Part shown: positions 9,706-19,399 of the stretch, piece after piece
Layout of the letters: the number at the start of each line of letters is the position of its first letter
Position numbering within the stretch: position 1 is the stretch's first letter
IMG/VR virus record: IMGVR_UViG_3300045988_127013
Strand: one strand, 5' to 3'
DNA length: 41,984 nucleotides
DNA from: a virus
Made by a program: the position numbers and the translations under genes
The notes under the pieces: model-generated
The model's input: only the letters and a program-made list of their open reading frames with translations
Databases searched by the model: none
Told to the model about the DNA's origin: nothing

Positions 9706-10962
9706 CTACAGTGGTATCACTGTTATCCTCCTATTAAAGAAATTTGCACGTCCGCCAGTAGACTTGTGCATAACTGTGAACACATTTCTGCCGGGATTAA
9801 GCTGTGTAACCGGGAATATTCCCATTGACGTGATTGCGAAGTTAGTCTGACGTGAGTCGATGGCATTTGCGTTTGACGCGGGTACATTCGAATTCCCCGT
9901 GATAGCGAAGCCTGTCATCGACGGGGAAGCGCTATTATATTGACCGGACTGCAGAATAACTAAACACATGCCAGAGTCGCCTATTTCCGCGGTTACGCTT
10001 AGTGGTGTTGGCAGCTGGGCCCAATCATTGGAGGCCAGTGCATGGTCGGTGAATGCGTATGCAGTTGCGATATTGTGCATCGGTGAGAATATATCGACAT
10101 ATCTCTTAACGGCACGTTGTGTCGGAAACAGTAAGTCATCGTGACCAAGCTTATCGTTGACGCTCTTATTGGCAGTGTCCTCTTTTGCATTTAGTGCTGT
10201 GCGCTGTGGGCCCGAAACCGGCTTGTTTATGTCGCTTGTGTTGTCAACATTGGGTAGACCAACAGCAACCTTATTAAGTGCTTGCCATGTCTTATCCCCT
10301 CGCCAATATTGTGCAGCATGACCCGCCGCTATCCGAGGCTCCTTGTTGGCGAGTCCAGGAACCGTTGGTGTATCGGCACTGCCGCCCAGATCACCAGATA
10401 GCCTGATAATGCCCTTGGTAGTGGACGTTGCATCCGACGGTGCTGAGCTAGGTACATTCTTGAGCTTAGAGTCAACCTCGCTCTTTGAGTATGTTTCTGA
10501 CTTTGTATACGTCGTCGCTTTATCTGCTTTCTGGTTAAGTGACGAAATAGTCTCGTCCTTGAACGCAACCTCTTTAGCCTTAGTACTGGGGTCATACACA
10601 GACTTGATCATATCACCAGCACCAGCTGGGGTCTTCCACGAAAAGTCATAGTCTGCATTTGAGTTCTTGACTAGTTGCTGCCCAGCGCCACCGCCCCTAG
10701 GGATGCTAACACCGTCTTTACCTGCAGGTCCTGCTGGGCCAGGATTTCCTTGCTTACCAGGTGCGCCCTGACGACCATCGATTCCCCGTTCTCCCGGGTC
10801 ACCCTTCGGCCCTCTTGCTAATGTGGCCAGTGTTGCGACAGCCATTGAATAATTATCGAGATGCCCGGCGTCGTCCTTGTCTATGATCGGGAGTCTTGCC
10901 TCGGATGTTAACGAATCTTTTGGTGGCAAACTGCTAATCGGTCTTGATTTTATACCTGCCAT
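9706..10962 (-). CDS. collagen-like tail fiber protein, 418 aa
   Basis: About 11 consecutive Gly-X-Y triplets (GPKGDPGERGIDGRQGAPGKQGNPGPAGPAGKDG); downstream motifs IIRLSGDLGGSADTPTV and NTSDINKPVSGPQRTALNAK resemble side-tail-fiber proteins. Confidence 0.7.
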   Translation of the reverse strand: MAGIKSRPISSLPPKDSLTSEARLPIIDKDDAGHLDNYSMAVATLATLARGPKGDPGERGIDGRQGAPGKQGNPGPAGPAGKDGVSIPRGGGAGQQLVKNSNADYDFSWKTPAGAGDMIKSVYDPSTKAKEVAFKDETISSLNQKADKATTYTKSETYSKSEVDSKLKNVPSSAPSDATSTTKGIIRLSGDLGGSADTPTVPGLANKEPRIAAGHAAQYWRGDKTWQALNKVAVGLPNVDNTSDINKPVSGPQRTALNAKEDTANKSVNDKLGHDDLLFPTQRAVKRYVDIFSPMHNIATAYAFTDHALASNDWAQLPTPLSVTAEIGDSGMCLVILQSGQYNSASPSMTGFAITGNSNVPASNANAIDSRQTNFAITSMGIFPVTQLNPGRNVFTVMHKSTGGRANFFNRRITVIPL

Positions 10963-11144
10963 AATACTCCAGTTTCTATAATAACTTGTTTCATAAATAC
11001 AGTGTCTTCTATCTCACGCTCCGACTTTAGCAATGTGTCACCATCCTCCAGCGAGAACAGAACTTCATCATTGTATGCTAGCATGGTGCCGGCGAGATAG
11101 TCGAATTCGCCGCTCTCTACTGCGGCTGGCTTTAATAAGTCCAT
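10950..11144 (-). CDS. small acidic head-associated protein (hypothetical), 64 aa
   Basis: ORF between capsid terminator and fiber gene. Confidence 0.4.
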   Translation of the reverse strand: MDLLKPAAVESGEFDYLAGTMLAYNDEVLFSLEDGDTLLKSEREIEDTVFMKQVIIETGVLWQV

Positions 11145-11160
11145 CTGTCCTCCTTACAAT

Positions 11161-11196
11161 AAAAGCCCCCTCCCTTTTTACTTAGAGAGGAGGCCG
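11161..11196 (-). terminator. rho-independent terminator downstream of major capsid gene
   Basis: On the minus-strand RNA a 9-bp stem CCUCCUCUC/GGGAGGGGG with a 10-nt loop is followed by CUUUU. Confidence 0.6.
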
Positions 11197-11215
11197 TCTA
11201 TTTTAGCCACCCAAA

Positions 11216-12121
11216 CTAGGCAGTTCGTTTAATAACAACACCGTGGTCAGGGCGGAGGACCTTAACGCCGAACAGCTCTGAAGCAACAACGTCATCTTGG
11301 CCCTTTTTGTAGTCACGACCGAACTCAATCATTGGAACACTCTGGGTTGCACCGATGATTGCAGAGCGGTGGAACATCAGGAATTGGTAAGCAGGTTTAA
11401 CACCACTATCTTTTCCGATAGTATTAGTCACGTAAACAGGCATACCGTAAATCTCACCAACGAATCCATTCTTGCTCTTGACAAGACCACTTTCACCAAC
11501 TTCTTTGTAAGCGGTAAACTGTGGAATCTTGCGCAGGTCAGCACGACCAATACCGTTAACAACGATGAAGCGGTCGTCCTCTGGCACGTTCTTCATGTCA
11601 AGAACAGCAGCAGCATCAACAATCTTTTCAAAGGTCAATGCAGCACCTGAATCAATCGGAGCGTTCGTAAATCCAGCAACGGCTTTCTTGAACACCTCAG
11701 CATCCTTAGCACGGTCAAGCCAGCGACTTAGCCGAGCCTGAACAGGTGAACGCAACTCATACGCACTCTGTGCTTTCAGGGCGTCTTGGATACCGACACC
11801 GTGACGGATGTAGCGATCGATGAGCAAGTCAACAGTCGTTACATCAAGGTTGTCAATTTTTACGTCAGTACCGACGGTGTAGTTAGTAGCATAATCTGCC
11901 TCAACTTCGCCGATGAATGGGATGTGCAGCGTGTCACCCTTGCTTGAGATTTCGCCACTGTAGCGAGAATCAATCAGTTGCCACAGCACTAAGTTGTCAA
12001 GACGGTTGTCAGCGAGCTCTTTGGACCACAACTCAGGAACAAGTCGCTCAGAGAAACCGACATCAGTGGTATTACCAACAGCACCAGTGCCGACGGTAGG
12101 TTGAATTTGGTTTGCAGCCAT
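11216..12121 (-). CDS. major capsid protein, 301 aa
   Basis: Follows scaffold gene and is followed by a strong terminator (high-expression signature); 301 aa; strong RBS. Confidence 0.7.
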   Translation of the reverse strand: MAANQIQPTVGTGAVGNTTDVGFSERLVPELWSKELADNRLDNLVLWQLIDSRYSGEISSKGDTLHIPFIGEVEADYATNYTVGTDVKIDNLDVTTVDLLIDRYIRHGVGIQDALKAQSAYELRSPVQARLSRWLDRAKDAEVFKKAVAGFTNAPIDSGAALTFEKIVDAAAVLDMKNVPEDDRFIVVNGIGRADLRKIPQFTAYKEVGESGLVKSKNGFVGEIYGMPVYVTNTIGKDSGVKPAYQFLMFHRSAIIGATQSVPMIEFGRDYKKGQDDVVASELFGVKVLRPDHGVVIKRTA

Positions 12122-12163
12122 TTTGTTTATTTCTTTCTTTTTATATTATTTAATAGTTTATCA

Positions 12164-12976
12164 CTAGCGTAAGCCGGCCTCTTGAAGAAGCTTGATATGC
12201 TCTGGGTCTCGCGGATTGTACACATTCGTGAGCCACTCAGCAGTAATCTGTGGCTTCTTAGGTTGGCCACCCTGCACAGCGTGGGATTGTGGAGCCCCAC
12301 CTTGCAGTTGCTTGTTAATAGATTCCCGCTCCTCTCGGCGAATTGCTTCAACGTCAACGCTTGCGTTGGTGTTCGCACCAGACCGTAGACGGGCCATGTC
12401 GTATAGCGTACCTAAATCACGCGAGAGGGTCTTGGCATACATTCTAGCTTGTTCTTCTCCAAACTGTGGTGTAAGCTCTGCGACTTTCTCGTTAAGTATC
12501 TCAACCATCACAGGCTCTAGGGATCTATCACGATTTTCACCCTGCCAGAATTGATTGACACGGTTTTCGTATTTAAGATTCTCGACTTCTGCTTTTAAGC
12601 TTCCGTCGCCCAGATCCTCTGTTGCTTCAGAGATACTCTTATTGGATGTAGCACTACGATATGCCCTCTGGTTGTCGTGGGCGAGTTTCAGGGCACGCTT
12701 GACGTCATCGCTAGCAGTTTCAAGGTCAAAGCCTTGAGCTTTAGCGAATTTAGCAAGACCGTCATCAGCTTGAGTAGTGCCGCCCTGTTCATATGTTTGT
12801 TTTTGTGTTTCAGTGTTTTGCTGGGCGGTGTCTTCTGATACTGACCCTTGCGATTGCTCACGAGAGTTAGCATCCTGATTCGATTGTTCCGCCGATTGTA
12901 GTTGTTCAGTCGTTTGTCCAGTAGGCTCATTAGAGGCTGGCGATTGGTCAACGCCCTCGGTAGGGGAATTATTCAT
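12164..12976 (-). CDS. scaffolding protein, 270 aa
   Basis: Acidic, Q/E-rich, low-complexity N-terminus and predicted helical C-terminus; located between portal and capsid genes. Confidence 0.6.
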   Translation of the reverse strand: MNNSPTEGVDQSPASNEPTGQTTEQLQSAEQSNQDANSREQSQGSVSEDTAQQNTETQKQTYEQGGTTQADDGLAKFAKAQGFDLETASDDVKRALKLAHDNQRAYRSATSNKSISEATEDLGDGSLKAEVENLKYENRVNQFWQGENRDRSLEPVMVEILNEKVAELTPQFGEEQARMYAKTLSRDLGTLYDMARLRSGANTNASVDVEAIRREERESINKQLQGGAPQSHAVQGGQPKKPQITAEWLTNVYNPRDPEHIKLLQEAGLR

Positions 12977-13005
12977 CTAGGATACTCCTTTGGTTTAGTA
13001 ATCTA

Positions 13006-13311
13006 TTATTTCTGTGATTGTGCAACGTTGGGTGTTGTAAAATCCTCAACGTACGTTTTTACTATATCACATCCGACGCTTCTTTGCAATAGGTAAGCGT
13101 ACTTTTCTGGTTCAAAATCTAATTGCAAGTCTTCCTTACCGTTAAATGTAGGTACATGACGATACACCTCAATTGGCCCTGAGGCCATCACAGAGTGCAC
13201 TTCCTTTTGCAATTCGATGAATTCTATGAACCTTTGATAGGCAAGGGTCTTAGAAAACCCCTGCCATTCGTTACGAATTTGTTCATGTTCTGATAAAACT
13301 TTATCAGCCAT
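13006..13311 (-). CDS. hypothetical protein (101 aa) between portal and scaffold genes
   Basis: Compact ORF in structural block. Confidence 0.45.
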   Translation of the reverse strand: MADKVLSEHEQIRNEWQGFSKTLAYQRFIEFIELQKEVHSVMASGPIEVYRHVPTFNGKEDLQLDFEPEKYAYLLQRSVGCDIVKTYVEDFTTPNVAQSQK

Positions 13312-13320
13312 TTTTACTCC

Positions 13321-15255
13321 TTATATCGGCCGTGAACTGGCATGTAGCGTTGTGCTAGGTTGGTCAGCCCGTATCCGCCTTATGTTGTTTTGCGATGTGT
13401 CTGCTCCGCCACCGCCCTGTGTACCGCTCTGCTGTCGTAGACGAGCAGGGGATAACTGTCCTGATGGAGACCCCCCACCATCACCAGACATCAGTGCCAT
13501 AGCACCAGGCGTCATCACGGTGTCAGCTTGTGTTAATGACGGGTCAACAGGTTGGCCATCTGGTCCCATAACAGGCTGCGGCGCCGTAAGCATCTCTTCA
13601 ATATCATCATCAGACAAGAATTTACCAAACAGAACCTTATATTGCTGACGCAAGAATGCTTCCTGGTTAACGAGTGGATTGCCCAGGCTGAACTGTGCGG
13701 CGACCTGCATAGCCTGTGACAAGGCGGCAGTTTCTGCGTCCATAGTAGCCTCTAGGACAACACGTGGCTCATATTCGCCCTGGTATGTCCCTGGGTTATA
13801 TGTCTGCCATTCCACACCCTTTTTACCAACGATACGTACAGCGGTCTGTGTATCAACAAAGATCTGAATCATCTTGTAGATAATACGAGCTAGCTGTGCA
13901 AATCCCTCGTCCTCTAAGTTCTGAACCTTTGTTGTAAAGCGCATAGAGGCCTGCTGCAACTGAGCCTGAACCTCTGTGGCGGTTGTGCGGCTAAACTTCT
14001 GGGCAACACCCTGCACGGCTGCATCAGCACCAGTTGCATTGCGCATTTGCTGACGTAGGCGTTCGATCTCACCGTCTGCCGATGGACTGATGTCATTCTT
14101 TTCAATAGGCGACAATGCACCCTTTGGAATTGGGAACACAGCACCCGGACTTGATTCAATCTGCTCTGCCATATGTTTGAACCGAGGGTCAATCTGCCAC
14201 ATATTATTTAATACATAGGCAACATTGTCTCGTTTCTGACTTGCAGTGTCGTTAAGAGCCTCCTGCGTCGGTAGGATAACCTCAACATCACCACGTGCAA
14301 AGAACAGACTAGAATCGACATAGTTACGCAAAATAGCAAACGGCAAGAATCCCTTTATCTCTGGCACCTTGTGTTTGCCCTTGATTACCTGGCCATCAAT
14401 CTCCACCTCGGTGTCGATAGTCTGTTCCTCCTTATGATATGGATTCTCACCATCATAGATAACTGTGCCGCGGTTAGCAATCATAACCTTGCGATATCGT
14501 GTGTAGTAGGTGATAACCTCAACCTGCTCAGATATCGCGTCCTTACCAAATGTTGAACCAATAAACAGTTCCTTGCGGTCTTTATCTGTTTTGTCATTTT
14601 GGGAACCAGCAGAAATGGCGTCTAAGTTCTTATATTTACCCCTGACCTTACCAGTAATTGGATCAACCTCTTTTTCCTCTTTAAGCTGTTTAAGGCTAGT
14701 AAGGAAGCGGTAGCCTGCGTATCGTGGATATCCTGGCTCCTCTGGCCGATTCATATGTGTAGCCGCTGGGTCAACAAAGAAGTCTGATAGCGGGATATGT
14801 TGGATTAGTGGCTTACCATTTTCCCAACTAGCCATCAATATACCATTACCGTAGATAATCATATCACCGACCCAGTTCAGCATCTTCTCGGTCATGTTAT
14901 TGCAGGACCAGTAAAAGTCAACCAAGGCATTAAGCGTAGTAGTGTCTTGCTCTTGCTCTTCGGTTAATGGTAGATATTTGAACTTAGGTTTTGTACCCGC
15001 GATGGCGGCTTTCAAACTCTCCACAATAGCAAAGGTTTCTGGTACGAACTCATTAGCCACACCAACATAACCCTGCCTTGTCCTGATACTGTTATAGGCC
15101 TTGAAGCACTCAGACCAAACACCCTCATATCTATTTGAGATATAGGCACGTGCCTTGCCGAAGTCTTTCATAACCTCAGCAAGAACATTCTCATCTTTTT
15201 GAGCCTGGTCTGCAGGTGTGAGTTTCGGTGTGCTGTTTTTATTTTGTTTGCTCAT
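13321..15255 (-). CDS. portal protein, 644 aa
   Basis: 644-aa ORF immediately downstream of (and overlapping by 4 nt) the large terminase gene; Gly-rich disordered C-terminal tail. Confidence 0.7.
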   Translation of the reverse strand: MSKQNKNSTPKLTPADQAQKDENVLAEVMKDFGKARAYISNRYEGVWSECFKAYNSIRTRQGYVGVANEFVPETFAIVESLKAAIAGTKPKFKYLPLTEEQEQDTTTLNALVDFYWSCNNMTEKMLNWVGDMIIYGNGILMASWENGKPLIQHIPLSDFFVDPAATHMNRPEEPGYPRYAGYRFLTSLKQLKEEKEVDPITGKVRGKYKNLDAISAGSQNDKTDKDRKELFIGSTFGKDAISEQVEVITYYTRYRKVMIANRGTVIYDGENPYHKEEQTIDTEVEIDGQVIKGKHKVPEIKGFLPFAILRNYVDSSLFFARGDVEVILPTQEALNDTASQKRDNVAYVLNNMWQIDPRFKHMAEQIESSPGAVFPIPKGALSPIEKNDISPSADGEIERLRQQMRNATGADAAVQGVAQKFSRTTATEVQAQLQQASMRFTTKVQNLEDEGFAQLARIIYKMIQIFVDTQTAVRIVGKKGVEWQTYNPGTYQGEYEPRVVLEATMDAETAALSQAMQVAAQFSLGNPLVNQEAFLRQQYKVLFGKFLSDDDIEEMLTAPQPVMGPDGQPVDPSLTQADTVMTPGAMALMSGDGGGSPSGQLSPARLRQQSGTQGGGGADTSQNNIRRIRADQPSTTLHASSRPI

Positions 15256-18017
15256 TTATTTATCACTTTACTCTTTTTAGTTTTCTTCACAACGTTAAGC
15301 CCATGTATATCATTGTCCCCCCATGGGAATAACTGAAATGCGATAGCCTTGGCCATCACTGTGTCGTCATGCTCACCCTCTTCTGCGTTCATACGCCCTC
15401 GGTCATCCCTGACAAACGCAAATGCCTCATTGACAAACACTGTATCAAGGTCCTTGTTTATCCTCTCACGAACAATCTTGATAAGGTCGTCAATCATAAT
15501 CCTCTTAGTGCGGACATCTGTCTTCCAACCAAGGTTGGATGTTGGCTCTTCAAAGTCCTCGTCGTACCCCTTGTCCCGCTTATAAAGGTTGGTGTAGAAC
15601 GTGTCTCTTAACTTCTGGATCGTTGTGAGACCATGGTTATTAACCTCGACACCCACTAAGGCGTAATTGTAATAGGCTCCGAGTGCGCCAACGATTTCTC
15701 CGAACTTGTCCGGGTCGATGTGCCCCCGCCACCTTGCAACCGTTTGCATTGTGGAGACGTCAACCACCTCTGCCACAGAATAGTCGCCTCTTTTGAGACC
15801 CTCTGCGACGTCCCCGCCGATGACATACTCATGTCCAGGCTTTGGGTGGACCCATATTTTGAGCGGAGCTTTGTATGTAAAATCTTCTGGTTTTTCGTTT
15901 GGTTCGAAAGGAACTCTTTCCAGTGTGTATTGCTCATGTAGCTCTCCTGGGATTAGCTTGTAATATTCTGTCTCCTCAACCGGCTGAGCATCTTTCTCCA
16001 TCTCCTGTAAGGACAATGTGTTAAAGACGTTCTTACCCGAGGCGATAAATGCCTCTTGCCAGGTGCTTGGATACTCCTGAGGTAGACGCTCTGGCGTTGA
16101 TTCAAAGTTCTTAGCCTTGCGTCGATAGAAATGAATCTTCGCCGGGATGTGCGCAGGGTCAACATGAATCGTCTGGCCTGCAACGGTGTGCCCTTTCTTC
16201 ATAAGATCAATAAGGAAATCCTCATACTCTGTCGTTTTTCCCAGCGGGACATCAAAGTCACGCTCATAGGTGTCTAGTATCCACCAAGGGAAAAAGAATG
16301 GTTCAAAGTTGTTGAGGCCCTTGACAGCAGCAACAAACTCTTTGTGAAAGTAATTACCTCTACCCTTTGCTGTGCTTTCCAGAAACATCATAGACGGCTT
16401 GTCCATAACTTCCTCATCAGGAACGGTCTCAAGCAGGGACGCAACAAGGTCCTCACCATTCTCCCATTCCCCAAGCTCTGAATTCGAAATCACACCAATC
16501 GGTGTTTCGAAATTGTGATCAGGATGATCTACTTCTATGTCTATGACATCAGCAGGCTCGTATGGTGTGAGAGACTTAATTCTCACATACAAGGCTCCAT
16601 CAACCCACTTATACTTGCGTATATGTGGTTTTGATACACCATCATTAAAGTTGTTAATGTAGGTTTTCTTACAGTTGCGCCCATAATACTGACCAGCCTC
16701 GCGAGTACTAAGGCCGCCATGGCGACCAAGCATATCTCCGATACGATTGATATTTCTGGCTATCCTCTCGTGCACAGATGTTGCAGACACTCTATCGTGC
16801 TGCGTCTTGCTCCCGTCACCGTCAAGATAACCCTGAAGCAGCCCCTCGAAGTATTCCTTATTGCCGAATAGAGGTATATGCTTGTTTTCTGTCCGACCAT
16901 ACAGATCGTTCATTAGATGCGCCATATAAGTATCGTAACAATGCGTCATACCGCGATTGCCAGAAAACTCATCGCGGGTGTTGGCAAAGAACGACCTAAT
17001 GTGCTCAATGTAGTGCTCATCTTTATGATACGCAAAAGTTAGCTGGTTTAGGTACTTACCAGATTTCTTGATATGTCCCTCGGCTAGGTAATAGCCAGCG
17101 AGGTAGCCAAAGTCGTAATCCAAATCAATTGTCCTGGTGATAGAAACGCTGGTGCCGCCATTCTGTGACCGCTTAGGGGTCTCGTAAGAGTAATCTATGG
17201 AGTACAGCTCCCTAAAGTGGTAGTCCGGTTTACGAACCCAGTCGTTTGTTGTTAGATCACTGACGCACTTATATCCATCAATAGTTAGCACTTTATGCTC
17301 TGCCGTCAGATAAACAGGCTCGTTGCTGCCCCACACCCTGACTGCTATTGTGTCTTTTGTGCCTGGGTAAAACTTGCGCTTAACTGGAGCAATTGCGCCA
17401 GAGCTCGTAAAGACCAAATCACCAACCTTAATGTCGCCAGCAGTTGTCGAACTACCGTCTGCCAATATAATAGGACTATCAGGGTGCATACAAGCATGAA
17501 GCAGGTTAATGGTGTCAGAACGTCCTGCGGCCTTGTTCCCGGCTGTGGCAGTCTTGATAGAGCTGCCCAGACCGACCTGTTTGCCGGTGTCGTCAAATCG
17601 CTCAAACGACAAGTCTGTTCGGGTGTTGTATCTAACCGACGGCTTAAATAGCGGATTGGTGTTATCATAATACCTGCGGAACATCATGTACAGGTTCTTG
17701 GAAGAGCTCTCTTCGTGTCCAATAATCACTGAGTTGATGTTCTTGTTTGTTGATGTCCACCAATAAATAATAGCCTCTACGGCCGTGCTTAAGCCCATCT
17801 GACGGGCTTTTAGGATAATAGCCTTAACTGGCCGCTTCTCCTTGATACAAAGCAATACATAGTCGATAAGCACCCTCTGTGGTGTATTCGGCACAAATGG
17901 AATAATCCGAGAATGCTTATCTTTAATCTTCAGGTTGTTTTTACAATATCTATAGAAGTCTTTACGAATCTCAAGAATTTTATCCAGCTGTTCCTTATTA
18001 AGCTGTAGGTTCTCCAT
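15252..18017 (-). CDS. terL: terminase large subunit precursor (921 aa) interrupted by an intein; mature protein about 584 aa
   Basis: N-extein carries a P-loop-like KARQMGLST; residues 176..512 form a Hint domain with LAGLIDADG endonuclease; the C-terminal extein makes up the rest of the 584-aa mature protein. Confidence 0.85.
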   Translation of the reverse strand: MENLQLNKEQLDKILEIRKDFYRYCKNNLKIKDKHSRIIPFVPNTPQRVLIDYVLLCIKEKRPVKAIILKARQMGLSTAVEAIIYWWTSTNKNINSVIIGHEESSSKNLYMMFRRYYDNTNPLFKPSVRYNTRTDLSFERFDDTGKQVGLGSSIKTATAGNKAAGRSDTINLLHACMHPDSPIILADGSSTTAGDIKVGDLVFTSSGAIAPVKRKFYPGTKDTIAVRVWGSNEPVYLTAEHKVLTIDGYKCVSDLTTNDWVRKPDYHFRELYSIDYSYETPKRSQNGGTSVSITRTIDLDYDFGYLAGYYLAEGHIKKSGKYLNQLTFAYHKDEHYIEHIRSFFANTRDEFSGNRGMTHCYDTYMAHLMNDLYGRTENKHIPLFGNKEYFEGLLQGYLDGDGSKTQHDRVSATSVHERIARNINRIGDMLGRHGGLSTREAGQYYGRNCKKTYINNFNDGVSKPHIRKYKWVDGALYVRIKSLTPYEPADVIDIEVDHPDHNFETPIGVISNSELGEWENGEDLVASLLETVPDEEVMDKPSMMFLESTAKGRGNYFHKEFVAAVKGLNNFEPFFFPWWILDTYERDFDVPLGKTTEYEDFLIDLMKKGHTVAGQTIHVDPAHIPAKIHFYRRKAKNFESTPERLPQEYPSTWQEAFIASGKNVFNTLSLQEMEKDAQPVEETEYYKLIPGELHEQYTLERVPFEPNEKPEDFTYKAPLKIWVHPKPGHEYVIGGDVAEGLKRGDYSVAEVVDVSTMQTVARWRGHIDPDKFGEIVGALGAYYNYALVGVEVNNHGLTTIQKLRDTFYTNLYKRDKGYDEDFEEPTSNLGWKTDVRTKRIMIDDLIKIVRERINKDLDTVFVNEAFAFVRDDRGRMNAEEGEHDDTVMAKAIAFQLFPWGDNDIHGLNVVKKTKKSKVINK
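16482..17492 (-). mobile_element. intein (337 aa) with LAGLIDADG homing endonuclease domain inside terL
   Basis: Block A CMHPDSPIILADG at the N-terminal splice site; block B VYLTAEHKVLT; two LAGLIDADG motifs (LAGYYLAEGH, LLQGYLDGDGS); block F/G DIEVDHPDHNFETPIGVISN followed by Ser+1; junction LLHA|C...N|SELGEW. Confidence 0.8.
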
Positions 18018-18144
18018 CGACTTCGTTTTCCTCTTTATATTTACGCAGTAACAAGTTAATCAATTTTGACTTGTTCTTGAGGCCATCATAGAATTCCTTA
18101 TTCTCTGGCCACAAATAAATCTGTCGTTTATTCTGGTTATACAT
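17998..18144 (-). CDS. possible small protein (48 aa) overlapping the terL start
   Basis: ATG immediately after stop of upstream gene, weak GAGG RBS, ends TAA overlapping terL codons 1-7 in another frame; below the ORF-track size cutoff; speculative. Confidence 0.25.
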   Translation of the reverse strand: MYNQNKRQIYLWPENKEFYDGLKNKSKLINLLLRKYKEENEVDGEPTA

Positions 18145-18145
18145 A

Positions 18146-18463
18146 TCATTCCTCACTCTTCATTGTTTTATTTACAACATTGACCTCATGCACCTCTAAC
18201 GGTGAGAAATCAATTGCTAGCTTCTTCCCGTACGCTGGACGCACAGGAGCGGCGCCACGGCCACGAGACACACCCTCAAACTCCATCCAGGCACGCTTCT
18301 TATAAGCCTTGATAAGCCTGTTGCGGAAGCTCTTACTATTCCCCGCAAAGCGTTCATTAACCAGCCGCTTAAACTCACCAATACCAAGTTGTGTTGGTAT
18401 ATGATGAATAGGTCTGGTCAATTCTAATGCAGCTTCTAGTCGTTCTTCAAACATGTCAGCCAT
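18146..18463 (-). CDS. hypothetical protein (105 aa) between terS and terL
   Basis: ORF with 8-nt overlap to the upstream gene. Confidence 0.5.
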   Translation of the reverse strand: MADMFEERLEAALELTRPIHHIPTQLGIGEFKRLVNERFAGNSKSFRNRLIKAYKKRAWMEFEGVSRGRGAAPVRPAYGKKLAIDFSPLEVHEVNVVNKTMKSEE

Positions 18464-18680
18464 CTAGCTCACCATAGCGATGCTCATCAACAGCCTGAAT
18501 AAGGCGACCAATCTCGGTCTCAATATCCTCATCAGCTGTGACAACAACACCGGCCTTTTTATCTCCATCGGTCACAACTAAGTGAACTCCGTAGCCGTAT
18601 TGCTCCGTGTACCAATCATATTTACGAATCAGCGATGAGGCAACCTTTTGTACATCAGCCTCTTGTAAAACCTGTTCCAT
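18456..18680 (-). CDS. hypothetical acidic protein (74 aa) between terS and terL
   Basis: ORF. Confidence 0.5.
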   Translation of the reverse strand: MEQVLQEADVQKVASSLIRKYDWYTEQYGYGVHLVVTDGDKKAGVVVTADEDIETEIGRLIQAVDEHRYGELDG

Positions 18681-18696
18681 ATCACCCTCTCTTTTA

Positions 18697-19140
18697 TTAT
18701 TCTAATTCTTGTAATGCCTGTTCCAGCCCCACATGAGCTGTGACCTGCTTTTGCACAAACATACCCTGGTCTGTACCCAACAGCTTAGCCGCTGCTATCC
18801 TATCGCTCGCCTTTTCATATTTAGATAAAGCGATGTCCTCTAAGATAGACCTAATATGCTCAACATTCATTGTTCGCATAATTGCCTTAGCACTCTTAAC
18901 CCATTGTAGGGCCAGGGAATTGCTCATAATATTCCGAGCATAACTTTCACTATACCCGGCCTTTATAGCTGCCTGGTAAGAGTTGGCATAGGTCTCCTGC
19001 TCATTAGGGTCCATGTAGTAGCGTAGCCAGTCAAGCTGTTGTTTTGAAGCTGTCCATTGGTTTGGCTGAGCCGGAGTTCCATCCTCTCTGGTTGCCAAGA
19101 CCTCGCGCTTACTAAACTTCTTGCCTTTTTTCTTGCCCAT
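18697..19140 (-). CDS. terS: terminase small subunit (147 aa from second ATG; 156 aa from first)
   Basis: Motif ETYANSYQAAIKAGYSESYARN typical of terminase small-subunit HTH; first gene of late block; second ATG lies 6 nt downstream of a consensus -10. Confidence 0.7.
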   Translation of the reverse strand: MGKKKGKKFSKREVLATREDGTPAQPNQWTASKQQLDWLRYYMDPNEQETYANSYQAAIKAGYSESYARNIMSNSLALQWVKSAKAIMRTMNVEHIRSILEDIALSKYEKASDRIAAAKLLGTDQGMFVQKQVTAHVGLEQALQELE

Positions 19141-19146
19141 GATATA

Positions 19147-19175
19147 ACTATAGCACACTTTATTCATTCTGTCAA
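19147..19175 (-). promoter_or_regulatory. late-operon promoter, TTGACA-17-TATAGT with extended -10 (GTGTGCTATAGT)
   Basis: Reverse complement reads TTGACAgaatgaataaagtgtgcTATAGT followed 6 nt later by the terS ATG; same GTGTGCTA -10 family as the early promoters. Confidence 0.55.
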
Positions 19176-19233
19176 TACTTTTGTGTTATTTTATACAACA
19201 TTTTTTAGCAGTGGATGTTACCCCCCCCTATGA

Positions 19234-19330
19234 TGTATGGATGTTTCAATAGTATGGGTAGTATATTTTTACTCCGGTGCTGTGTATGGACATTTGGTTA
19301 ATATGGGTGATGTATTTTTAGGTCGGTCCA
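19234..19330. repeat. two imperfect tandem direct repeats of about 48 bp
   Basis: tgtatggatgttt...agtatgggtagtatatttttact repeated as tgtatggacattt...aatatgggtgatgtatttttagg; C7/C8 tracts nearby (19222..19230). Confidence 0.5.
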
Positions 19331-19399
19331 CACCTGTCCCCCCGTATCATACACTCACCGCGTCAAGGCGTCGCCACCCATACCCCACCCATCGTCATT

